From NCBI GenBank assembly GCA_965220895.1, contig OZ244850.1, forward strand, positions 1,897,506 to 1,961,505: DNA of 64,000 nucleotides. Direction: 5' to 3'. The stretch is from Gammaproteobacteria bacterium (GTDB lineage Bacteria; Pseudomonadota; Gammaproteobacteria; UBA4575). A program made the position numbers and the translations under genes. This document shows positions 1-8,023 of the stretch, piece after piece (positions within the stretch are counted from its first letter, which is position 1; each line of letters begins with the position of its first letter). The notes beneath the pieces are model-generated. The model was given only the letters and a program-made list of their open reading frames with translations, was not told the origin of the DNA and searched no databases.

Positions 1-81
1 TGTCAGCAAAAACTCATTCCAGTCGGAGATTTTTCCCGTGGCAAACCTGAGTCTCTACCAAACGAGCCAGACTTATTCAGT

Positions 82-849
82 ATGAGGGTACCAGTCTCCT
101 CGCCGGAACATGCTGCACAGTATATTGCTGGTGTTTATCAGGGTTTTTCTGAGATTCGTTGCAAAGCTAATGACCTCCCCCCAGGAACATCAAGCATCTC
201 AGCTGCGGCAGCGTGGATACTAGGGCGCCCAGAACTGGAGCCCGGTTTGTCGTTGTACTTTTCCCGGCTTGCCACCTCAAACCCATGGCTTCGTGAACGG
301 TTGCAGTCTTCGGCAACATCTCAAGAAGAAAACCGTCAGCAGACTATGATTAAACTTTTGTCTTATATGGTTGGCCATGTAATTCAAAATCTTGTGCTTG
401 CATTTCCGGGTCCTTTGATAAATGTGTCGGTACTGGCTGCGTATTTGGCAGTTTCTGAAACGGATGCGAGGGAATTTGCGGGAGAAGCTGAGCTTGCTGC
501 ATATACAGGCCCATTCTGCGCTTTAGGGCCCTATTATTGGCGAAGCGATGTTGATGCCATCGTCGATAGGGCTATCGAGTTGATGAATGGAGATTTACCC
601 GACGAAGAAAGCGAGCTGAATCGATTCGTGGTGGAAAGAGTAATCAATCATCCACTTGGTGCTCACAACTGTGATAGGGATGGCTGCAATGGTATGCGGG
701 GTGGATTCTGGTGTCCGTTTTCGAAGCGGCCAGTTTGTTCGCTAAATGAGTGTTCCGAAGCATCTACAGCTTGGATTCCTGATGGTGCTGACCTTTGCAG
801 AGTCGAGAAAGATTTTTTTGATGAATTTGCACCACTGTTAGGTCTTTGA
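82..849 (+). CDS. hypothetical protein with Cys-rich C-terminal cluster (CDRDGC..WCPFSKRPVC..NEC). The frame has no stop back to position 1, so the gene may be 5'-truncated by the window edge
   Basis: 255-aa ORF in visibly AT-rich DNA, where long chance ORFs are rare. No family recognised. Stop lies 15 nt before the next co-directional ORF. Confidence 0.5.
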   Translation: MRVPVSSPEHAAQYIAGVYQGFSEIRCKANDLPPGTSSISAAAAWILGRPELEPGLSLYFSRLATSNPWLRERLQSSATSQEENRQQTMIKLLSYMVGHVIQNLVLAFPGPLINVSVLAAYLAVSETDAREFAGEAELAAYTGPFCALGPYYWRSDVDAIVDRAIELMNGDLPDEESELNRFVVERVINHPLGAHNCDRDGCNGMRGGFWCPFSKRPVCSLNECSEASTAWIPDGADLCRVEKDFFDEFAPLLGL

Positions 850-864
850 GTGGCGATCTGCACC

Positions 865-1584
865 ATGGCTAAAAGATCGATAGCTCAAGTGGCAAAACAA
901 CAGCTGGTTGACCTATGGAAGGATTTTCGAGTCAATTTGCGACAAATCAATCGAGAAGTAAGACTGCCCGATTCAAACGTGATTGCCATCCTGGATAAGG
1001 CAGATGATTATGCAACTTTTGATTTAGGCCCCATAGTTCTTTATTTACCTGAAAAGGCTTCTTCAAGGAAAAACTCAAAGGTTTACGCTGTGATTGGTGG
1101 TCAGCTAAAGCTCGGACGTGACGCAGGCTGCAATGACAGCCTGCGAACACAAAGCTATGCTACAAAAATTGGATATTTTCGAGAACGGGAAGGCTGCCTC
1201 AAACATATTTTTGGGGCACACTACGATCATGATTTGACTATTGCCCATCCAGTGTTTCATGCTCAAATTTCAACGCAAGCTGAATTGGCAGAAGTAGTCT
1301 TCAATAAGTTCAGTTTTATTAATAGTCTATGCGAGGATGGGGATAAAGTAGTAGGAATGCTTGGCAATGTACGCGTACCAACATCTCAGATGGATTTCTT
1401 TGCTGTTCTGCTTCAAGTTTTTTCTGATCATCTAGTTAACGAAAGTTCTCCAGCACTCGCAAAGGAGTTTTATAAGAAGCTATATGAAAATTGTCGTTCC
1501 TTTTCTTCTTACTGTGATCATGCTGGTTTAACGGAATCCATAGAAAATAATTGTTTTCGGGCACCCTACTGGTATGAACATTAA
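865..1584 (+). CDS. hypothetical protein (240 aa; alternative GTG start at 850)
   Basis: ORF track 850..1584. ATG at 865 gives MAKRSIAQ.... Same low-GC block, apparently co-transcribed with the upstream ORF. No recognisable domain; contains an HYDHD..HPVFH His-rich stretch. Confidence 0.5.
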   Translation: MAKRSIAQVAKQQLVDLWKDFRVNLRQINREVRLPDSNVIAILDKADDYATFDLGPIVLYLPEKASSRKNSKVYAVIGGQLKLGRDAGCNDSLRTQSYATKIGYFREREGCLKHIFGAHYDHDLTIAHPVFHAQISTQAELAEVVFNKFSFINSLCEDGDKVVGMLGNVRVPTSQMDFFAVLLQVFSDHLVNESSPALAKEFYKKLYENCRSFSSYCDHAGLTESIENNCFRAPYWYEH

Positions 1585-1885
1585 CTCTCGTGTTTTAAGA
1601 TACAGCTAATTAAATTTCATTTAATTTTAATGAGTGAACAAAAATCTCTTCTTCTACACGTCTGAACGGAGACTACTTTTGGCACGCAAGCCTTATTGAA
1701 GGGGACAAGCAATTGATCCCTAGGGGAGAAGAAATTTTAGGGAATTAAATACAAGACAGATTTTAATTTATCTCTGTTGCTCTAACTCAGAACATCGTCT
1801 TTAACAGGGAGATTTGGTTTTTAGTTGCCTGCTGTGCCGCCCGCTTATTTTTGGCACAGACAGGTCGAATCGGTGTACCCAAGCA

Positions 1886-2980
1886 ATGAATCTCGAACAC
1901 ACACTGAAAATAGTGATCAGCCGTCTTATTTCCAATGACTTGGAAAATGAAGCACAAGTTAAGCAGTCTGTTATTCTGCCGGTCCTGCGCGAATTGGGGT
2001 GGGACGATACAGACCCCAAGATGTTTAAGCCGGAGTATTCAGTAGATCGTGGCCTGGTGGATTACGCGTTATTGAGTCATGGCAAGCCACAGGTCTTTAT
2101 TGAAGCTAAGCGAATTGGCGCCCTGGATTCTGGCGGCGAGGAGCAATTGTTTGGATATGCATCTAACAGGGGTGTTCCATTGCTTGTCCTGACGGACGGT
2201 GACCGTTGGGATTTTTATCTCAGCATGGCACCTGGAGTCCTGTCAGAGCAGCGGTTCTACCGGTTGGAGCTGCAGCTGGAACACAAAGTTCGAGAGTATG
2301 CAGAATTCCTGGCCGAGCATCTTCAGAAGGATCATGTTGTTTCTGGAGAAGCAAGACGCAATGCGGAGAAGCGTCTTGCCAGCAACCTAGAGCGAACCAG
2401 AGCTCGCGAAGCTATCCCGGAAGCCTGGCGGTCTTTGTTAAAGGAACCCGATGAGATACTTCGGGACTTGCTTGCTGAAAAGGTGGAGCGAGAATGCGGC
2501 ACCAAGCCAGAGCTCGATGATGTTGAATTATTTTTACGGAAACTCTTAATTTCGCCATCACAATCAAAGCCCACTACCCAAAAACCACCACGCTCTCCCA
2601 GGCTGAATCCATCACGCCCAAAATCATCGCAGTCTAAAGGGAATAAGCTTGTTGGGTTTCTGTTTAAAGGAGAGAAAGTTGAGCCCGGAACTGCCAGAGG
2701 AACTTTGGTAGAGATATTAGAAATTTTTGGACACCAAGATCCGGAGTTTATGCGGCGTTTTGCTGCACAAACGGCCAGCAAAAATCGGAATTTGGTGGCG
2801 AAGAATCGCTCGGACTTGTATAAAAAATCCCACTTAATTGACAAACATTCCAAAAAATTGAGAAACGGCTGGTGGTTGGGGACTAACCTCAGCACAACAC
2901 AAATCCAAAAGCATATCCAAACTGCATGTGGTATAGCGAGGGTAAGGGTTTCTTCCCAATTAAAACTGATCTGGCGCTAA
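1886..2980 (+). CDS. PD-(D/E)xK nuclease-fold protein: N-terminal type I restriction enzyme R-subunit N-terminal-like (HsdR_N) domain, Pro/Ser/Lys-rich linker, uncharacterised C-terminal domain
   Basis: ATG at 1886 (MNLEHTLKIV...) inside track ORF 1814..2980. Residues ~15-130 match the HsdR_N pattern (QVKQSVILPVLRELGW...GLVDYALL...KPQVFIEAKRIG...EQLFGYA...LLVLTDGDRWDFY). The C-terminal ~200 aa are unrecognised. Confidence 0.65.
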   Translation: MNLEHTLKIVISRLISNDLENEAQVKQSVILPVLRELGWDDTDPKMFKPEYSVDRGLVDYALLSHGKPQVFIEAKRIGALDSGGEEQLFGYASNRGVPLLVLTDGDRWDFYLSMAPGVLSEQRFYRLELQLEHKVREYAEFLAEHLQKDHVVSGEARRNAEKRLASNLERTRAREAIPEAWRSLLKEPDEILRDLLAEKVERECGTKPELDDVELFLRKLLISPSQSKPTTQKPPRSPRLNPSRPKSSQSKGNKLVGFLFKGEKVEPGTARGTLVEILEIFGHQDPEFMRRFAAQTASKNRNLVAKNRSDLYKKSHLIDKHSKKLRNGWWLGTNLSTTQIQKHIQTACGIARVRVSSQLKLIWR

Positions 2981-3132
2981 CCTTCAGGATCGGTAGAGAT
3001 GCCTATTCAAAAATCTTCAATATGAAGCATGTAGAGTGTTTGTTCAGGTCATGACCTGGTTCAGCCATTTCACCAGATCTTCTGCACGTAGGTGCGTATA
3101 GAGCAAAATAAATTTTTGAGGATGCTGTAGAT

Positions 3133-3319
3133 TTGGTCCAAGGTTGACTGTACCAGTTTTGTACACCTTCCAAATTCTTACAAGGTGTAAGTGATTGATT
3201 ATTCAACTTCAGTATTGGGCGGGCAAGTGCCTCAAGCAACTGATTAATAAAGATAATTTATGGTTACATACTGCCTACGAACCAGGCGGTCGGGAGTTCG
3301 AATCTCTCCGGGCGCGCCA
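3133..3319 (+). repeat. Direct repeat copy 1 (~189 bp). The last ~50 nt are the 3' half of a tRNA-Arg (anticodon-loop region through CCA, loop reads CTACGAA, i.e. ACG). attR-like junction of an integrated element
   Basis: Near-identical copy at 4347..4532. The 3' segment ctacgaaccaggcggtcgggagttcgaatctctccgggcgcgcca differs at only 2 positions from the intact tRNA at 10109..10185. Contains a small hairpin, cttaca-agg-tgtaag. Confidence 0.8.
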
Positions 3320-3536
3320 CTGATTCCTTTTTGCATCAAGCGGTTACTGCACTATGCGGTCGCCGCTTGCTGTCTCAGTAACACCAGTGCGGGACTTTTG
3401 CGGGAGTTTTCTCCGCACACCCGGTTGGTGGCCTCGATCAGGTTCTCCAACTCGGCCCCCGAGTACGCTTTATATGGAGCTCCACATTGGATATAAATCC
3501 CTTTCGTTACGTGAGCCTTGAAAAGCTGTCATTTGG

Positions 3537-3851
3537 CTATGCAGCACTCACATGCAAATGAACACCTTCATGTTCCCGCACAGCTGCCAGCACTTGCGAA
3601 ATATTATCCAAGCTAGGGTTGCCTTTGTCGCTGAGCATTCGCATCAGGCTAGTGGGTTTTTTGTCCACAATTTCAGCCAAGCCCTGAAAGCCGATAGTTG
3701 CATTCACATAATCGCGCAGCATCGTTTTGGCCACATCAGGTTCGTTATTCAGCAAACACTCAGCAGCTTCAGTAAGCAGGCCCACACGGAATTCAGGATC
3801 AGCCTGCGCCCGCTCCAAAATGGTGGTTCTAAAATCGCGTGTTAATACCAT
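3537..3851 (-). CDS. HTH antitoxin (addiction module antidote protein, HigA family)
   Basis: Internal start MVLTRDFRTTILERAQADPEFRVGLLTEAAE...NATIGFQGLAE...MLSDKGNPSLDNISQVLAAV lies 5 nt after the toxin stop. The track ORF 3537..3911 overextends. Confidence 0.8.
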   Translation of the reverse strand: MVLTRDFRTTILERAQADPEFRVGLLTEAAECLLNNEPDVAKTMLRDYVNATIGFQGLAEIVDKKPTSLMRMLSDKGNPSLDNISQVLAAVREHEGVHLHVSAA

Positions 3852-3855
3852 ATTA

Positions 3856-4182
3856 CTACCTTTGTTTTTTGCGCCGCTTGTAGCCTTTCCACAAGGCTTG
3901 CGCGAATTCAATATCGCGGTTTTGCCGCTTTTTGGTACCGCCGCCCAGCAAGATCACCAGTTCCTCACCATCGTGTCCGAAGTAAATCCGGTAGCCTGGG
4001 CCGAAATCCAGTTTATATTCGCTGACACCTTGCCCAACCCCTCTGACGTTGGAGAAATTGCCTGACTCCATGCGCGCAATGGCTGTGCGTACCTTCAATG
4101 CCGCTTGAACATTAAGCGAAGCAAACCATTTTGAGTAAGGATAGTTACCAGTTTCATCCTCATATTCAACAATGTTAATCAT
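3856..4182 (-). CDS. RelE/ParE-superfamily toxin (addiction module killer protein family, HigB-like)
   Basis: 108 aa; ...YSKWFASL...GNFSNVRGVGQGVSEYKLDFGPGYRIYFGHDGEELVILLGGGTKKRQNRDIEFAQ... is the hallmark of this toxin family. Sits immediately upstream of its HTH antitoxin on the same strand. Confidence 0.85.
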   Translation of the reverse strand: MINIVEYEDETGNYPYSKWFASLNVQAALKVRTAIARMESGNFSNVRGVGQGVSEYKLDFGPGYRIYFGHDGEELVILLGGGTKKRQNRDIEFAQALWKGYKRRKKQR

Positions 4183-4346
4183 AATCCTTTACTAACATTT
4201 ATGCTATCATTGAAATCTGGAAAAATCCACCTTGAGAGCACCTTGGAATCAATCATTTCACCGCCGGCTCCTGATGCTAAGCGGCAAGCTCAGCAGGTAG
4301 CCGATGAATGAAGATAATCGATTTTTGCATCAGGTGCAGGTGGTCG

Positions 4347-4532
4347 TTGATCCAAGGTTGACTGTACCAGTTTTGTACACCTCGCAAATTCTTACAAGGT
4401 GTAAGTGATTGATTATCGAACTTCAGTATTGAGCGGGAAAGTGCTTCAAGTAACTGATTAATAATGATAATTTATGGTTGCATACTGCCTACGAACCAGG
4501 CGGTCGGGAGTTCGAATCTCTCCGGGCCGCCA
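4347..4532 (+). repeat. Direct repeat copy 2 (~188 bp, ~94% identical to copy 1) ending in a tRNA-Arg 3'-half fragment, followed by a T8 run
   Basis: Direct comparison with 3133..3319 gives ~11 mismatches. The tRNA-like end gggccgcca has a 1-nt difference from copy 1. Confidence 0.8.
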
Positions 4533-4619
4533 TTTTTTTTGACCTGTCATCACAGCGAGTGGGTGACTATCCTGCAGTAGGCGGATTGTCCAATTGATTC
4601 CAGCTTTCCTTTTGTTGCG

Positions 4620-6656
4620 ATGAGCCATTGCCTGCGGGGTGATTCGCGATGGTTGGTGGGATTATTGCTGCTGGCGGTTTTCCCAGCGACTCTATCTGCC
4701 ACCAATCCCATTGGGGAGATCGTCGTCACCGGGACCATCGGCGAGCGCCTCGGTAGCGCAGGCAGTGCCAGCCGCATCGATGGGGATGTGCTGGCAGAGA
4801 TCCGGTACAACCACATTCACGAAGCCCTGAGCCGGGTCCCCAGCGTCTGGGTCACCCGGGGGTCTGGCCAGGAGCACCTGACTGCCATCCGCTCGGCGGT
4901 CTTTACTGGACCCGGCGCCTGCGGGAAATTTCTCTATCTTGAGGATGGCTTGCCCATTCGCCCCGCGGGGTTTTGCAACATCAACAACCTCTTCGAGGTC
5001 AATGGCGAGCAGGCAGGGGGCATCGAGGTCTGGCGTGGACCGTCAAGTGCCGTGCTGGGCGGCAATGCAATGCACGGGGTGATCAACGTGCTCACGGCCA
5101 ATCCCGAAGATGCCAGCCTGAGCTTGGAGAGCGGCTCCTACGGTTACAACCAGGCTCGTGCCACATGGGGCGGGCACACTGGCGGGCACTACGTTGGCCT
5201 GAGTGCCCACGGGAGCCAGACCGACGGCTATCGGGACGCCACAGGGTATGACCAGCAGAAGTTCTCCCTGGTCCATGCCACTGATCTTGGCACCTGGCGG
5301 GTGCGCAATACCCTGAGCGCCACCCACCTCAACCAGGAAACCGGCAGCTACGTGCAGGGCTTTGAAGCCTACAAGGACCGTGAACTGCGCCGCTCCAACC
5401 CCAACCCCGAGGCCTATCGGGACGCCTGGTCCTTGCGCGCCGCGAGTCACTGGCAGCGCGGGCCAACCCAAATTTCCGCTTACCTGCGCCGCTCGCACAT
5501 GGAGTTCCTGCAGCACTTCCTGCCCGGACAGCCGACCGAGACCAACGAGCAGACCAGTGCAGGCATGCTGGTCCGCCAAGGGTTTGAAGCCGGGGCCTGG
5601 GCCGGGCAGTTCGGCACGCAAGTCGAGGCCATGCAGGGCAGCCTGCTCGAGATTCAGGATGTACCGGCGACCGGGTCGGCCTTCCTGGTGGCCACTCGCC
5701 CCACAGGGCGACACTACGACTACGACGTCGATTCGTTCATGGCTGCGGGCTTCTACGATCTGAGCCGACCCTTGGGTGGGAAGCTGCGCCTGTTGCACAG
5801 CCTGCGCCTCGAGCACCTGCGCTACGATTATGAAAACCGGCACCTGACGGGCAACAGCCGCGACGACGGCACAGCCTGCGGCTTCGACGGCTGCTTGTAC
5901 ACCCGGCCCGCCTCCAGGGAAGACCGGTTCACCGAAGTAGCCGGGCGCTTAGGGGTCGAGCGCGATTTTGGTGCCCGCCGTTCCGGCTATGTGATGCTCA
6001 GCAGCGGATTTCGACCGCCGCAAGCTACCGAACTCTACCGCCTGCAGCAGGGGCAAACCGTGGCAGACCTGGACAGCGAACGCCTGCTGTCGGTGGAGAC
6101 CGGCTTTCGCAGCGGGGCTTGGTCGGTGTCGGCCTTCGGCCAGTGGAGCCGCGACTTCATTTTCCGTGATGCCAGTGGCTTCAACGTCAGCGACGGCAAA
6201 ACCCGGTCCGCCGGGCTCGAGTTTTCAGGCGACTGGCATCTGGGTGACCATGCCTTGAGCCTCGCCATCGGCTATGCCGTGCACAAGTACGATTTTACCC
6301 GTGATGTCGGACGAGGCGAACGGATCGAAGAAGGCAACCTGATGGATTCGGCACCGCGCTGGCTCACCCATGCCCGCTGGCGCTACCAGCCGGATGAGCG
6401 CTGGTATTCCGAGTTTGAACTGAACCAGGTGGGCGAGCACTACATTAACGCCGCCAACACTGCCAAGTATGAAGGCCACGTCGTGCTCAACTGGCGTGGT
6501 GGTTACAGGCTGAGCGAGCATATCGACCTGTTTGCCCGGGTCATCAATCTGTTCGATGAGCACTATGCCGACCGCGCCGACCATGCCTTCGGTACCTACC
6601 GCTACTTCCCGGCCATGCCGTTGCAGGGCTATGTGGGGATCAATCTGGCACTGTAA
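4620..6656 (+). CDS. TonB-dependent outer-membrane receptor
   Basis: Signal peptide followed by a plug domain (EIVVTGT...VPSVWVTRGSG...GLPIRPAGFCNINNLFEVN...VWRGPSSAVLGGNAMHGVINV) and a ~600-aa barrel. Confidence 0.85.
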   Translation: MSHCLRGDSRWLVGLLLLAVFPATLSATNPIGEIVVTGTIGERLGSAGSASRIDGDVLAEIRYNHIHEALSRVPSVWVTRGSGQEHLTAIRSAVFTGPGACGKFLYLEDGLPIRPAGFCNINNLFEVNGEQAGGIEVWRGPSSAVLGGNAMHGVINVLTANPEDASLSLESGSYGYNQARATWGGHTGGHYVGLSAHGSQTDGYRDATGYDQQKFSLVHATDLGTWRVRNTLSATHLNQETGSYVQGFEAYKDRELRRSNPNPEAYRDAWSLRAASHWQRGPTQISAYLRRSHMEFLQHFLPGQPTETNEQTSAGMLVRQGFEAGAWAGQFGTQVEAMQGSLLEIQDVPATGSAFLVATRPTGRHYDYDVDSFMAAGFYDLSRPLGGKLRLLHSLRLEHLRYDYENRHLTGNSRDDGTACGFDGCLYTRPASREDRFTEVAGRLGVERDFGARRSGYVMLSSGFRPPQATELYRLQQGQTVADLDSERLLSVETGFRSGAWSVSAFGQWSRDFIFRDASGFNVSDGKTRSAGLEFSGDWHLGDHALSLAIGYAVHKYDFTRDVGRGERIEEGNLMDSAPRWLTHARWRYQPDERWYSEFELNQVGEHYINAANTAKYEGHVVLNWRGGYRLSEHIDLFARVINLFDEHYADRADHAFGTYRYFPAMPLQGYVGINLAL

Positions 6657-6866
6657 TTTGTTATAGGTTATCGTTTCCATTCGATTCCGGCTCTACCTGG
6701 ACGCCTCACCTTCTGGTGTAGCGTCCCCGCTGCCGTTGGGGTCTGAAAATTGGCGGTTATCAAGTCTCCAGGCTGTCCGCTGGCAGGAACAAGGACAGCA
6801 TGGGCGTCTGATCATTGAGGCTGGATTACAGGAGATCGGTAAACTAGAAAATCTGGAGGAAGAACA

Positions 6867-7352
6867 ATGCGAAAAATTTTGACGGCAATCAGCCTTGGTA
6901 CTTGCCTCATGTTTGCTGGAGCGGCTTTGGCCGGGAATACACTGTCCGCAGAAGAGGCTACCTCGAAACACATGGTGGCCGAAGCCAGGCTGGCAGCCCA
7001 CTTCATCGATGCTGCCATCAGGGCGGGAATGAGCGCGGAGGCCATCAATTCCGTACTGGCCGATGTGGCACAGCATTCGGTGATTACTGAATTCTGGATC
7101 AGTGACGAGCACGGCCAGATCGCATTCACCAACATTCCCGGCACATCCTTCAGTTTTCCGACCGACCCGAACAGTGGCACGCAGGCGGCTCCCTTTGCCG
7201 CACTTTTGCACGGCAGTGAATCCGTGGTTGTCCAGGCCCTGGAAAAACGTGAGCTCGATGGCGCACCGTTCAAGTATGTCGGCGTGGCAGGTGTGGACAA
7301 GGCGCGAATCGTGCAGGTCGGGATTTCTGCTGCTGAACTGCACGGACACTGA
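6867..7352 (+). CDS. secreted hypothetical protein (signal peptide MRKILTAISLGTCLMFAGAALA)
   Basis: RBS ggagg 8 nt upstream; 161 aa; no family recognised. Confidence 0.55.
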   Translation: MRKILTAISLGTCLMFAGAALAGNTLSAEEATSKHMVAEARLAAHFIDAAIRAGMSAEAINSVLADVAQHSVITEFWISDEHGQIAFTNIPGTSFSFPTDPNSGTQAAPFAALLHGSESVVVQALEKRELDGAPFKYVGVAGVDKARIVQVGISAAELHGH

Positions 7353-7479
7353 ATGCGTTGGGTGCGCCTGGGAGCCAGGCCAATGGCTATCCCAGGCATT
7401 CCCTGAACGATAGCCGTACATCGCCATCATCCTGGACGGGCCGGTCTGGTGGCATCGTCTTAGCCAGGAGGCAGGGGGC

Positions 7480-7827
7480 TCAGAGGGGCTTGCTTTTGTC
7501 GGCCTCGTTTTCGGCCTGGAGGTTCACCGACCGGATCGCCTTGATGATTTCCTCGTGCTTGCTGTCCACATACTTTTTCTGTGTGCGCACGGACTTGTTG
7601 TAGGACATCACGATCAGCGGTGCAAACAGGGCACAGAGTATCCAGATGATGATCGGAACGAAGATGGTCCAGAGGGTGGCCACGGCGAGGATGATCGCAA
7701 GCAGCCCACCGATCAGGTTCGTGTAGGTGAACCCCAGTGGTCCAAGCAAGGTGGCCAGCAAAAATGCGATTAACGGCGATCTTTGTTGCTGCATCACCAT
7801 CCCGAATAGTTGAGCATGTCCAATCAT
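7480..7827 (-). CDS. small integral membrane protein (two hydrophobic helices), hypothetical
   Basis: Internal start MIGHAQLFGMVMQQQRSPLIAFLLATLLGPLGF...LLAIILAVATLWTIFVPIIIWILCALFAPLIV. The track ORF 7480..8073 likely overextends, and an alternative start at 7878 is possible. Confidence 0.4.
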   Translation of the reverse strand: MIGHAQLFGMVMQQQRSPLIAFLLATLLGPLGFTYTNLIGGLLAIILAVATLWTIFVPIIIWILCALFAPLIVMSYNKSVRTQKKYVDSKHEEIIKAIRSVNLQAENEADKSKPL

Positions 7828-8023
7828 AGCATTATTTGAACTGAACTCTGGAAGCCGCTCCGCTGTCTGATAGAGCATGAAGTACCCGGGATCCGGTGCA
7901 CAGGCTTTACACCGTGAAACCTGCCTGCTTGCAATCGACTGGCATCCGCTGTAGAAGCAATGGTTGCGTGAACGGTATCCCTCGTACCCCGTTGACCGGA
8001 AACCCTGAAAGGATCTGTTGACC

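Noticed and set aside
3260-3496. 78-aa ORF overlapping repeat copy 1 (and the ORF at 3003..3239 on the minus strand)
   Set aside because: Lies inside the att/repeat sequence including the tRNA-like fragment, with no RBS or coding features.
3133-4532. Possible CRISPR array
   Set aside because: Only two repeats, 189 bp long, separated by ~1 kb of protein-coding DNA. Not CRISPR-like.
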